A stretch of DNA of 64,000 nt from Candidatus Saccharimonadia bacterium (GCA_036488585.1 DASXHH010000009.1:64399-128398), one strand, 5' to 3'; positions 54,502 to 63,837 are shown, counted from the stretch's first letter. The notes: generated by a model from the sequence alone, not told the origin. Program-made: numbers and translations.

Positions 54502-55209
54502 TTAAATTAGTACCGGAGCCGACCATTCGGATTCAGTGAAGCGAAGTGGCCGAGCGAACAGGTGCACCATTCGCTGGGTGGGACACCAGAAGATGTTGAG
54601 CGCATGCGACTGGCCGTCTGTGCGATGTGGCGCACTGACGCGGATTCCCGGCAGGTTGCAGTACGGCAGCCGCCGGCCATCTTGAGCCTTGAGCAATTGA
54701 GGATGGAGTGCCAAGGCACTCATGACCTCGGTGCCGGCTAGATTGAGGCTTTCTGCCCGTGCCTGCTTACGGGCCCACTTGAGGGTACGCCTGCGAGTGG
54801 GGTCCCAGCCGTACGTGAGATCGAGGAAGACTGGGGTGATACCTGGCTTGTAGCTGCAGGCTCGGTCGTGCAGGCGTAGCCGGACGCGCGAGTGCTGGAG
54901 GTCGTCGTCGTACCAGCTGGCGGCATATTCACCGGCGTAAACCCGCCACCAGTAGTTAATGGTCTCGGTCAGCGTCCCGAACCATACGTGTAGAACAAGC
55001 AGTCGGCGGACCTGCTGGTCATGATCTACCAGCGGGTCAAGGTTGACCTCGTTAAACTGCTCCTCGGTCAGGCGGCCGCCCCAGTAGAGTGTGTTGAAGC
55101 GGCGTAGTGTGTCGAGTTGGTCGGCGGCATCGAGGCAGGCGCCACGGTAGCGCTCGAAAGAGTCGACAACCGGATTGCCCAGGGCGAGGGCGGTACGCAT
55201 TGTCGTCAT
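54502..55209 (-). CDS. Hypothetical protein
   Basis: 235 aa, Trp/Arg-rich, with no recognisable motif. It is divergent from the metallophosphoesterase gene. Confidence 0.4.
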   Translation of the reverse strand: MTTMRTALALGNPVVDSFERYRGACLDAADQLDTLRRFNTLYWGGRLTEEQFNEVNLDPLVDHDQQVRRLLVLHVWFGTLTETINYWWRVYAGEYAASWYDDDLQHSRVRLRLHDRACSYKPGITPVFLDLTYGWDPTRRRTLKWARKQARAESLNLAGTEVMSALALHPQLLKAQDGRRLPYCNLPGIRVSAPHRTDGQSHALNIFWCPTQRMVHLFARPLRFTESEWSAPVLI

Positions 55210-55297
55210 AGTCTGGTCCCTTCGGTACGTGAAAGAGCTACGGCCGATCGTTACGCCGCTTATGCCTTTAAGATAGCATGGATAGTAGATTTATCCA

Positions 55298-55327
55298 TTG
55301 CCTTGCCATTACGCCTATGTATATACT
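55298..55327 (+). promoter_or_regulatory. Candidate promoter (TTGCCT-16-TATATA) for the metallophosphoesterase gene
   Basis: A/T-rich 172-nt intergenic region with -35 at 55298-55303 and -10 at 55320-55325. GAGGAAAG Shine-Dalgarno precedes the ATG at 55382. Confidence 0.35.
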
Positions 55328-55381
55328 TAGCGTGACAACGCCCATATCTGTAGCAGTTTCACATCTCCTATATGAGGAAAG

Positions 55382-56701
55382 ATGAAAGCTATGACTGGAC
55401 GTCAGCATCAAATGCGGTGGACCACACAGGCAATTGCGCGTCTCCTTAGATGTACTACCGACAAGCAAATCAAGAGATACCTACCACACCACTCTGTCAG
55501 CTACCTGAAGCGCCTACGAAGGCGCTTCTTGTGTGAGTACCCCGAGCTGGCACCGCCCAAGGACACAGAGGCCAAGGCAAAAGGTAAGCGGCGCGAGGCC
55601 AAGGACGGCACAGAGGATGTGATCGGTGAGCTAATCGGGCAGATCGTCGAACGCGACCAGAAGAACGCGGCAACGAAGCAAGAGTTGCGTCTGGTTCGGG
55701 CGATGTACCAAGAACTGCTCGCTAGAGGTGCAGGGCAATCTAGCCTGCTCGCGGCGATATGCGACCAGATCGCATCTCGTCCGGCGGTGCCCGTGCCAGC
55801 CGCGTACGATGTCGGCCCAGTGAGTGACGATAATGAGCTAGAACTCGTGCTCATGCTTGGCTGCTGGCACATCGGCGAAATCGTCGACGCGGGCGAGACG
55901 GTCGGTATAGGGCAATACGATCTGGCGATAGCCAGGGCCCGAGCCCTAGATATCGCACAGCAGGCTATACGTTACCGCAAAGAGCGCCTCGGGCAATACC
56001 GGGTGACGAAACTGCATGTGGTGTCGCTAGGCGACATGATGCGCGGCCTGATTAACGGCGTAGATGCCGGAACAGTCCGCATGGTGACACAGCTGACGGA
56101 ACTGGTCGACATCATGACCGAAGTCATGATGATGCTGGCCATGTCGTTCGAACGCATAGAGTTTACGGCCGTCCCCGGCAATCACGGGCTTTCGACCATG
56201 CAAGAAGTGTTCAAGGGCAAAGCCAAGGACAATTACGACACCCTAGCCGCCGAGATGCTCAGGCGCATCTTGGCTCAACAGCCCAACATCCGCTGGCATA
56301 TCCCGGTCAGTCCCTTCGCCGAAGTGCGGGTGGGGCAGGCCACCTTTTTGGCCATGCATGGGGACTCCCTCAAGGCCCTCAAAGGACTCCCGCAGTATGG
56401 AATGCGGGAAGGTTATCTGCGACTTCGCGCCATGGTAGACCAGACGCAGCGCGACGCACGGACGGCGCGCAATCCGGCGGACCCATACCACCTGGTGACG
56501 GCGCACTTCCACGACCCCATGTTTGTCCATGTGGCGGCGGACAATGCCCTCATATCAGTGGGTAGCCTGGTGGGAGGCAACGAACTGGGAATCAACGCGG
56601 TCGGCGACGCCAAACCGCCATCGCAAACACTGATCAGCGTAAGTCCTCAGGGACACATCACTGACTACTGGCCACTCCGGCCTAAGGAGGTGGGCGTATA
56701 G
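55382..56701 (+). CDS. Divergent SbcD/Mre11-like calcineurin-type metallophosphoesterase with ~150-aa basic N-terminal extension
   Basis: 439 aa with ordered MPE motifs: LGCWHIG (motif I with Cys where Asp is expected), SLGDMMRG (II), VPGNHG (III), LAMHGD (IV) and TAHFHDP (V/VI). Strong Shine-Dalgarno. Confidence 0.55.
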   Translation: MKAMTGRQHQMRWTTQAIARLLRCTTDKQIKRYLPHHSVSYLKRLRRRFLCEYPELAPPKDTEAKAKGKRREAKDGTEDVIGELIGQIVERDQKNAATKQELRLVRAMYQELLARGAGQSSLLAAICDQIASRPAVPVPAAYDVGPVSDDNELELVLMLGCWHIGEIVDAGETVGIGQYDLAIARARALDIAQQAIRYRKERLGQYRVTKLHVVSLGDMMRGLINGVDAGTVRMVTQLTELVDIMTEVMMMLAMSFERIEFTAVPGNHGLSTMQEVFKGKAKDNYDTLAAEMLRRILAQQPNIRWHIPVSPFAEVRVGQATFLAMHGDSLKALKGLPQYGMREGYLRLRAMVDQTQRDARTARNPADPYHLVTAHFHDPMFVHVAADNALISVGSLVGGNELGINAVGDAKPPSQTLISVSPQGHITDYWPLRPKEVGV

Positions 56702-56782
56702 GCGCCTATACGGCTCTAGATGAAATTCGTCTAGGGCCGTTCGCCTTTTTGGGTGGAATGTTGGGGTATAAATGCGGGGATG

Positions 56783-56810
56783 CCCCGGGAACGCGATTGC
56801 ATTCCCGGGG
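56783..56810. terminator. Hairpin between convergent genes
   Basis: ccccgggaacgc-gatt-gcattcccgggg 12-bp stem with one mismatch. The smaller overlapping hairpin cgggga-tg-ccccg lies at 56775-56787. No U-run. Confidence 0.35.
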
Positions 56811-56817
56811 CAGGGGT

Positions 56818-57921
56818 CTATCCGGCCGGAGGCGGTGGCATCCAGTCGGTTGGCACCAGGCCATCCGCGTCGCGGCGAAGCCAGACTGTTCGGAACTGGT
56901 CGCGGTCGTGACGGAAAGCGGCGAGGCGCAGCGTGCGGCACAACGCCTGGTATGGTTCGTCGGCTTCAACGAAATCGAGCGCGCCGAGGGAAGCGTCGAA
57001 GTCGTAGGCCGCATTGGGCCGATGGCGGGTGGATGAGAGCGATTTCAGAACTATGGGGGCATGTCGTTCGACCGATATGCCGGCCAATATCGCTTGTACC
57101 ACCGGTGCAGGCAGCTCAGCAGACTCCGATCGAGCCGTGGCAATGCAGCGGAGCAAACGGTGAGCCGCGCGGCATTCGGGAAACAAACGCACGTTTGTAG
57201 CCAGCATTTCCGCGACCGCAAAGTGGGCTGGCTGCACGGAGCCAATGGCGCCCAAGAAGGTGGCCAGACGGGCAACCGACGAATAATGCTCGGTAACCCG
57301 CCGCATAACCCAGGCTCCGCGGTCATGGCGGTGACCCACTAGTGTAGCGGTGACCGCAGCCAGGGCTGGTGGGTAGAGGTCACTGAGACCGGCAGCGAGT
57401 GCAATCGCCTCATTGGTGTTGGTGGCAGCGGCAAGTCCGCCAGCTAGCTCACCAGCGGTGATGATGATGGCCCTACCAAAGGCATCCACCAATCCCCCGT
57501 CCCAAGTGGCGGCAGCGGTGGCACGCGATGTGCCGGCCAGTTGCTCCGCTAGACGGAGAAGGCTATCCGCATAACCGGCTACCAGACTCCAGTCGTCGAC
57601 GGGCCGGGCTTTTTCGATGGCCGCGAGGGGGTCGAGAGCATGCAGTGGCGTTGCTCGCAGGGTGAATTCGGAAGCCGGAACAAAGTCGTATGCACCATCG
57701 CGAGTACGCCAAGCCAGTAGTCCCGCCAGCCAGCCATTGCCGGTAGCGGCGGTCACGTGTCCGCACCAGAGGTGTGGGGTGCCGGCGTAGGTCTTGGTGC
57801 CGCGGTAGGCGTCCGGCTGAACCAGCACTGATAGCTGGCTGCGGGTGTCGACGCCGATTTGAAAGAACTCCGCCATCTGGGCGGCGGTTAGAGGCACAGC
57901 CAGGGGCTGAGTAACAAACAC
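56818..57921 (-). CDS. Hypothetical Ala-rich protein
   Basis: 367 aa with no recognisable domain. Confidence 0.4.
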   Translation of the reverse strand: MFVTQPLAVPLTAAQMAEFFQIGVDTRSQLSVLVQPDAYRGTKTYAGTPHLWCGHVTAATGNGWLAGLLAWRTRDGAYDFVPASEFTLRATPLHALDPLAAIEKARPVDDWSLVAGYADSLLRLAEQLAGTSRATAAATWDGGLVDAFGRAIIITAGELAGGLAAATNTNEAIALAAGLSDLYPPALAAVTATLVGHRHDRGAWVMRRVTEHYSSVARLATFLGAIGSVQPAHFAVAEMLATNVRLFPECRAAHRLLRCIATARSESAELPAPVVQAILAGISVERHAPIVLKSLSSTRHRPNAAYDFDASLGALDFVEADEPYQALCRTLRLAAFRHDRDQFRTVWLRRDADGLVPTDWMPPPPAG

Positions 57922-58088
57922 ATTGCCTCCCAGGGCATTGGCTGGTTTTTGCCTATTTAAAGCTTAGCAAAAGATTTATTTGAGTAAACATATAGAATGA
58001 TGCGATTGTTTCGGGAACCTGGTCGGCCTAGATTAAGTGGTTTTGGTCAGCGGGGACAGTGACCATGATCACATCATTGTGCGCTTGA

Positions 58089-58130
58089 TGTACGAAGAGC
58101 CGCTTGGGTATCCAAGCGGCTCTTCGTACA
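58089..58130 (-). terminator. Perfect 19-bp stem / 4-nt loop hairpin downstream of the GH26-ricin gene
   Basis: tgtacgaagagccgcttgg-gtat-ccaagcggctcttcgtaca at 58089-58130, 33 nt after the gene stop on the minus strand, with no U-tract. Confidence 0.45.
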
Positions 58131-58163
58131 AGTTCAGTTAGCGCCTATGGTGCCGAATGGTTG

Positions 58164-59837
58164 CTAGTAGGTCGGGTACCACTTCTGAGCGGTTGAGCCG
58201 TTGCAGGTATAGATCCAGATGGGGTTGCCGTTTAGGGTGCTGTTCCAGCGGTCGTCCAGGCAGAGGCCGGATTGCGGGTTCACGATCGTGTGGTTCGTCG
58301 TATTTACTACCCACTGCTGGGCACCGCTGCCATTACATTGGTACAGCTGGACCAATGTACCGGGCTTCGTGCCGCCCCAGTGCACATCCAGGCAGTAGCC
58401 ATTGGCGTTGACGATGGGGCCGCGGCTGGCACTGACGCGCCACTTCTGGGCATTGGTCTGGTTACAGGTATATAGATCGATCTTATTTTCGTTAACCTTG
58501 GCCGAGCGCCAATTGTCGAGGCATTTACCGGCTGGGCCGACGATTGATCCCAAGACTGAACCTACTACGGGAGTCGGAGTGGGGACCGGAGTCGGGACTG
58601 GGGTAGGAATGGGCGTGGGCTTCGGAGTCGGAGTGGGTGTGGGCAGGTGTGTGGGGGTTGGCGTAGGTGTGGCGACAGGCGTTGGCGTGGGCGTGGGCGT
58701 TTTGATTAACACCGGAGTAGCGCTCGTGGCGAAGGCCTTTTTATAGGCGGCGGTGGCGTTAGGGATGGCTGAGCCCAAGGCCTGGATACCATCGCCGCCG
58801 GTGTCGAAGTAGGCCTCGAAGGCGAAGTCATTGGAGTTAAACAGTTGGGCCATGTTGGTGACATAGGCGGTGTCGTCGGGACCGCCCTGGTTGAGTCCCC
58901 ACTCGGGTAAACTCATAGGCTTTGAGTTGGCCTTGGCGAAGGCCATGATGTTGGAAAGACTGGGGAAGCCGGCTCCAGGGTAACTGGATGAGTCGGTGTA
59001 GTAGGCCTGCCAGCCTTCCGCGGCGACGGTCGCCGAGTCATGGCAGTCGGAGTCGTAGGCGTCAGCCCCGATGATATCGACGTAGGCGTTGCCGGGGTAC
59101 CACTGGTTGATCGGGAAGTCTTGCGTACAGATGTTGGGGTTCCAGACGAAGATCAGATGAGAGCCGGTGACAGCGCGCATGGCTGTGACCTCATTGTCAT
59201 AGCACTTGGCCCAATCCGCGAGTTCAGTCGCGGACGAGCCGGTATAGTCGGTTTCCCAGCCGCCATTGGCCTCGATGCCGAGACGGATGACGATACCGCC
59301 GGCTCCATAGGAGACGAGATTCTTGGCGAGTTGCGTGGCGTATGAGTTGTAGGCGCCAGAAGCACAGGACTGTTCCCAGGCAAGGGGATTTGAGGTGCTG
59401 CCGGCCGACTGCGGGATGAGGTCGACGCCCAAGATCATCTGGTGGCCGGTGGAGAGCCAATGCTCCCAGCTGACCGAGTCGGCGGGGTTGGGGTCGTTGG
59501 TAAACTGCCAAGGCGCTACCCAGTCTGTCCAGGTTGGCGAAGGGTTAGCAAAGGTTTCGAGACAGTCATAGGTCACGCCGGTCGCGGCCTGGGCGGCGCT
59601 GATGTTGGCCTGGCTGACTTCTCCATACGGACCACCAGGCAACGTGATACAGTGCGTCTTGGTGTTGTCGCCAACGACGGCAGACGCGTGCGTGCCGACT
59701 AACAGCCGGAGTCCGACCGCGGAGAAGACGAGCACAAAGGCGACGGCCATGGTCACCGACCACTGGCGGACATTGAGAATAAACGGACGTTTTCGATTTG
59801 ATTTTTTTCTAGCGGGGGACGACGTCTTTTTTGGCAC
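58164..59837 (-). CDS. Secreted glycoside hydrolase (GH26-like, clan GH-A; beta-mannanase-type) with PT linker and C-terminal ricin-B (beta-trefoil) lectin domain
   Basis: 557 aa with GTG start and AAGGG Shine-Dalgarno. Basic N-region plus signal anchor, GH-A-like IRLGIEANGGWETDY (compare GH26 RFxHEMNGxW), a (PT)n linker at residues 379-424 and three QxW repeats (NAQKWRV, GAQQWVV, TAQKWYP) with CLD...YxC spacing. Confidence 0.65.
   Translation of the reverse strand: MPKKTSSPARKKSNRKRPFILNVRQWSVTMAVAFVLVFSAVGLRLLVGTHASAVVGDNTKTHCITLPGGPYGEVSQANISAAQAATGVTYDCLETFANPSPTWTDWVAPWQFTNDPNPADSVSWEHWLSTGHQMILGVDLIPQSAGSTSNPLAWEQSCASGAYNSYATQLAKNLVSYGAGGIVIRLGIEANGGWETDYTGSSATELADWAKCYDNEVTAMRAVTGSHLIFVWNPNICTQDFPINQWYPGNAYVDIIGADAYDSDCHDSATVAAEGWQAYYTDSSSYPGAGFPSLSNIMAFAKANSKPMSLPEWGLNQGGPDDTAYVTNMAQLFNSNDFAFEAYFDTGGDGIQALGSAIPNATAAYKKAFATSATPVLIKTPTPTPTPVATPTPTPTHLPTPTPTPKPTPIPTPVPTPVPTPTPVVGSVLGSIVGPAGKCLDNWRSAKVNENKIDLYTCNQTNAQKWRVSASRGPIVNANGYCLDVHWGGTKPGTLVQLYQCNGSGAQQWVVNTTNHTIVNPQSGLCLDDRWNSTLNGNPIWIYTCNGSTAQKWYPTY
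58566..58703 (-). repeat. Low-complexity (ACN-CCN)n tract encoding the Pro-Thr linker
   Basis: The plus strand reads ggagtcggagtgggg...ggcgttggcgtgggcgtgggc. It is internal to the GH gene. Confidence 0.4.
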
Positions 59838-59873
59838 GCGGTTACCCTTTTAAGCATAAGTATTATGTATATC

Positions 59874-59903
59874 AATATAACCATATCGCGGGTGGCGCGT
59901 CAA
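59874..59903 (-). promoter_or_regulatory. Candidate promoter for GH26-ricin gene (TTGACG-17-TTATAT on minus strand)
   Basis: -35 at plus-strand 59903-59898, -10 at 59880-59875. A/T-rich 83-nt intergenic region. Confidence 0.4.
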
Positions 59904-59920
59904 CTGCGAGACACTGCGTT

Positions 59921-62023
59921 CTAGAAAAGCGGGGGCTGTTCACCCAACCCTTGCAGCTGTGACGAATCATTGCTCTGAGCATCGAAGAACTTGGGTGGGT
60001 TGAAGTATATTTGAGGATTTAAAGTGATCTCCTCGGCAACCTGGGACCCCAACCCACTACCCAGCCTCTTGTATCCAATGTCGTAGGCCATCAGGAAACC
60101 GTTTACCTGTAAGGTGCTCCGGCACGTACCACCCCAGGTGGTGTCACAGGTGTCAATGGTGCTGTCGGCAAATAAGTAGGCATCGACTCTCGTGACGGCG
60201 GCTTCAATCGCTATTTCGCTGGTTGGCCCGGCAATGATCCCAAGCGATGGCGCGGCTTTGGGCTGAGCGGAGGCACTGGTTATCACAATCGAGTTTGTAG
60301 CGCAGCCATTACCTCCAACGTATAGTGTCCCCGATTCTTGTACGATCGTGATGAGGTTACTTACCGTGCCGCAGATATTGGCGTTGCCGGATATATAGTA
60401 GACGCCCTTCCAGCTACTGATGTTATAGGTCCCACTGCCAAGTTTCGTCGCGTCAGGGGCGCCCGCGGCGAGGTAATTTTGGGCAGCCGTATACAGATCT
60501 GGACGACAGACTTGCGAATAAGCGCCGGCATTGCCCATGTTGAGTGAATTATTGCCGCCGGATCCGAAATTCGAGATAGAGCCATCGGTGGAAAGCACGT
60601 ACTGGGAATATGAACCGCCCCTAGCATTGCCAATGACCTGCCCACTGCTCATGGTCCCGCCGCATAATCCTCCACCAGCATGGACGTCACTATTGAGACC
60701 TACGACGCTTGGGTAGGAAATGGCAGCTACCCGGAATGTCACGGTCGTGTGAGCTACTCCCCCGCTTTGATCGGCCGGATAGTAATAAATGTCGAAGGTG
60801 ATTAGACTATCAGGCGCGGCCGTGGCTGGTACGGTGAAGGTCAGCGAAGTGGTAGTTAACCTGCCAACTGGAATACTTTGTGTGTTCCAGTACCAGTTAG
60901 GCCCGCTGACACCCGGCACCTCCGAGCCGGTAGAAGTGAAGCCACGGGTTATTTCGTAAGACGTCAGGGGTGATTGTTGCGGGTCGCTGCAGGCGCTCGC
61001 GCATGGTTTGGCTACGTTGCTGCCTGGTAACTGGACCTGTAAGGCGCCCGAGGTGGACGGATTGGGCCCAAGGTTTTGCACTGAGATGTCGATGGCGCCG
61101 GTTTGTCCGGGGAGTACGGTACTTACGGTTCCGCTGGCGGTAAGCTTCATATTGTAGCCCAAAATTTTGGGCAGTGAATCGAGCGTCCCTTCCACGTTGC
61201 TGCAATAGCGGTTAATCATGTAATTGCCGGTTGAGGATGAGAAGACAATCATTTGGGCGAGGTCACTAAAGGGGGTGCGGTAGGCAACCACATCATGGCC
61301 ATAATCTGCACCGTAACTGTCAACTATACCGGCTGGCAGAGCCATGGTTACATCCCAATTGACGTCACCGGCGGCGCTGGCGGCCAACACAAGGGTAGCC
61401 CAGGTATCGAACTCGGCTTTGGCATCATTTACACCGGTTATAAGGTTATCGCCAAAGACATATTGCGGACCGGTTGGTGGTGGCCCGGCCGAACCGGGGT
61501 AGTCAGTGTACGGACTACCGATCATAGTGAGCACCAAGAAGGCCGCTCCCGAGACTTTCCGGCGCCAGGCGGGACAGCCCGTATCCGGATCAAGGCCGCT
61601 ATTTTGGCTAATATCGGCGGGTGGGTTTGGCTGAGACAATACACAGCCCGGGCCTCCGGGGCTTGGGGCGTATAAATCGCTTTTGATGAAAGCGATGAAG
61701 TGCTGGGCATTGACGCTATTCGATAAGCTGCTCCCGGTACCGTAGGTTGGATCGCTGGGTCCCGGAAAAGCCCAGGTGCTGGCGGGGACGCCCGCTGGGT
61801 CACTGTAGGTAAAGATGGACGGAAGCAGCGTGTCATGGCCAACCACTCCGTTTAGCGGCGGAGCAGTGCCGTCTAGCCCAGTGAAGTAACCGATATTGAG
61901 ACACCGGCCGACTCTAATGGCGGAGCAGTCGGGAGCAGCCTGGGCGATTGGGAATAAACCCAATCCGCTCACTGTTATCAGCAAAATTATGGCGCCAATA
62001 GTCCACCTCGTTGGTCGTATCAA
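59921..62023 (-). CDS. Large secreted Gly/Ser/Thr-rich protein with multiple Cys pairs (unknown family)
   Basis: 700 aa with signal peptide MIRPTRWTIGAIILLITVSGLGLFPIAQAAP. No catalytic motif recognised. Start overlaps the TPR gene stop (co-transcribed). Confidence 0.45.
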   Translation of the reverse strand: MIRPTRWTIGAIILLITVSGLGLFPIAQAAPDCSAIRVGRCLNIGYFTGLDGTAPPLNGVVGHDTLLPSIFTYSDPAGVPASTWAFPGPSDPTYGTGSSLSNSVNAQHFIAFIKSDLYAPSPGGPGCVLSQPNPPADISQNSGLDPDTGCPAWRRKVSGAAFLVLTMIGSPYTDYPGSAGPPPTGPQYVFGDNLITGVNDAKAEFDTWATLVLAASAAGDVNWDVTMALPAGIVDSYGADYGHDVVAYRTPFSDLAQMIVFSSSTGNYMINRYCSNVEGTLDSLPKILGYNMKLTASGTVSTVLPGQTGAIDISVQNLGPNPSTSGALQVQLPGSNVAKPCASACSDPQQSPLTSYEITRGFTSTGSEVPGVSGPNWYWNTQSIPVGRLTTTSLTFTVPATAAPDSLITFDIYYYPADQSGGVAHTTVTFRVAAISYPSVVGLNSDVHAGGGLCGGTMSSGQVIGNARGGSYSQYVLSTDGSISNFGSGGNNSLNMGNAGAYSQVCRPDLYTAAQNYLAAGAPDATKLGSGTYNISSWKGVYYISGNANICGTVSNLITIVQESGTLYVGGNGCATNSIVITSASAQPKAAPSLGIIAGPTSEIAIEAAVTRVDAYLFADSTIDTCDTTWGGTCRSTLQVNGFLMAYDIGYKRLGSGLGSQVAEEITLNPQIYFNPPKFFDAQSNDSSQLQGLGEQPPLF

Positions 62024-62538
62024 GGCGACGCCTCCAAGGATTTAAGTAGCGCCCGGTAATCGGTTTGCCCGTAGAAGTTGTTGGGGTCGGACAGGGCAAC
62101 AGCTTGCTTATAGTAGGCAATGGCCGCTTGTTTGTTTCCCAAGGCGGCTTCTGATTCCCCGGCGCCGGCGGCGTCTTGCAGCTGGACTTTGCCCGTGATA
62201 GCTTCAGCCTCCTTGTACCATTGCAACGCTGCCGCGTAGTCATGGCGGTTGAGAGCCAACGTGCCCAACTGGAGCATAGGCTGATATTGATACTGCTTGG
62301 GCGGCTTAGTCTTCAGATAGTCCTGTAATACTTGGGCTTCAAGTGTGTACTGATGAGTGGCGTCGAGTTTCTGCGCTGCTGCTAGGGCCGCGGCCTCCGC
62401 TTGCCCAGGTTGTGGCATAGGCTTCGCCCGAAATAGGAATAGTGCTGCAGCCGCTGAAATCAAGACTATGATCAGTAATGTCGCTATAACGGTGATGGCA
62501 ATTCGTTTGCGAGGTCGCGGAACGGTGACCTGTGGCAT
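62020..62538 (-). CDS. Membrane-anchored TPR repeat protein
   Basis: 172 aa with an N-terminal TM followed by TPR-like helical repeats (…LQLGTLALNRHDYAAALQWYKEAEAITGK…AALGNKQAAIAYYKQAVALSD). Confidence 0.55.
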   Translation of the reverse strand: MPQVTVPRPRKRIAITVIATLLIIVLISAAAALFLFRAKPMPQPGQAEAAALAAAQKLDATHQYTLEAQVLQDYLKTKPPKQYQYQPMLQLGTLALNRHDYAAALQWYKEAEAITGKVQLQDAAGAGESEAALGNKQAAIAYYKQAVALSDPNNFYGQTDYRALLKSLEASP

Positions 62539-62607
62539 ACCTTATATACTATGCCGCGTAGGCAGTAAGCTCAAGCGTTATTGAGCTTTATAGAGGTTTA
62601 GCTGGAT

Positions 62608-63255
62608 CTAACCAAGTTTCCGGCCTGTACTGATTGACTGGTTAATGAAACGAAGCGATTTAGGTGACTGCCAGGCGCCCAGACAAATTAGTATCTCGGC
62701 TAGAACCACGAAGCCGGTAAACAGACCACCTACAACCAACGCCATACGTACTTCGAACGGAAATATACCATCCGAGAACTTACGGTTTAGCTCGTGGTAG
62801 TCAATATTGCCTTTATGTACCACCGCGTAAGCGACTTCAGCCTTGGCTTTAAGATAGGTCACGCTCAACGAAAACCCTAAAGCCAAGACGGCGAAAATTG
62901 CGTATTCGGGATGTGCGCCTTGAATAAGATAGTAGGCGATGCCACCGTGGATGAACGTTTCCTTGATCCTGTCGGTTGACGCGTCAAGCAGCATACCGGC
63001 CGGGCTGGCCTGATTTGTAAGGCGCGCCAGCTCGCCATCCAGCGTATCGAACAAGCCAAATACAACCAGTAAGATGGCACTTGGCCATAGGTAGCCCTGG
63101 GTAATTAATAAAGCAATTGGGATATGGAGGATCAGACCCGCCCAGGTGATCATATTCGGAGTAATGCGACCACGCCCAACCTTATGGACCCAGGCTGCCA
63201 AGCGAGCCATTGGCTTGCGCACCGTCTTATTAACTTTCTCGAGCTTAAAAGCCAT
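62608..63255 (-). CDS. CDP-alcohol phosphatidyltransferase family protein
   Basis: 215 aa with 5-6 TM helices and the signature DTLDGELAR...G...D...D (D-G-x2-A-R-x8-G-x3-D-x3-D). Confidence 0.7.
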   Translation of the reverse strand: MAFKLEKVNKTVRKPMARLAAWVHKVGRGRITPNMITWAGLILHIPIALLITQGYLWPSAILLVVFGLFDTLDGELARLTNQASPAGMLLDASTDRIKETFIHGGIAYYLIQGAHPEYAIFAVLALGFSLSVTYLKAKAEVAYAVVHKGNIDYHELNRKFSDGIFPFEVRMALVVGGLFTGFVVLAEILICLGAWQSPKSLRFINQSISTGRKLG

Positions 63256-63342
63256 ACCCCAACAATACGCTATTTTTAATTGGGGCGATTCATGGAATGA
63301 AAGATTGGGATGGTGACGAGGACTGTGGGGGAAATACTATAG

Positions 63343-63837
63343 CTACGCCAAGGTCGAGCGCACAAACCACAATTGAAACTCATGTCGGCGCAGAACATCG
63401 CTTATTAGCATATCGTTCGTGCCCATATCGCCCAGCTCACCGGTTTTATCAATGGCCACCCGCAGGTTCTTGATGAACCGTTGATGGACAATGCACAAAT
63501 TCTTTGCCATGGCCCGGGGCTCGTGATGAGGGTCGGGCGGCTCCTCGAGGGTCTTGTTGCCAATGACGTCAGCCGGCATTCCGGGCGCTTTTGACCCGAG
63601 GGTGCGAATTCTCTCCGCGATTAGATCGATCAAAGGGATCTGTTCTGTGGCATGCTTGTCGAAGAGCAGGTGGTATTCATAAAAATCACTGCCTTCCACA
63701 TGCCAGTGGTATTTTTTGTAAAGGTTTTGAATAAAAATGGTATCGGCGAGAATCGGCACCAGCAGACCCGCTGTTTGAGTGGCAATGCTCTCTTCTATTG
63801 CTAAATGCGTTTGGTCATCCTGACGGTCTGCGTTCAT
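63343..63837 (-). CDS. dps: Dps family DNA-protecting ferritin-like protein
   Basis: 164 aa with ferroxidase-site pattern HWHVEG...FYEYHLLFDKH...E...D, typical of Dps. Confidence 0.8.
   Translation of the reverse strand: MNADRQDDQTHLAIEESIATQTAGLLVPILADTIFIQNLYKKYHWHVEGSDFYEYHLLFDKHATEQIPLIDLIAERIRTLGSKAPGMPADVIGNKTLEEPPDPHHEPRAMAKNLCIVHQRFIKNLRVAIDKTGELGDMGTNDMLISDVLRRHEFQLWFVRSTLA

Noticed and set aside
62568-62587. 7-bp hairpin between the CDP-alcohol phosphatidyltransferase and TPR genes as a terminator
   Set aside because: The stem is short with no U-run on the transcribed strand, so it may be an attenuator at most. It is not listed as a feature.
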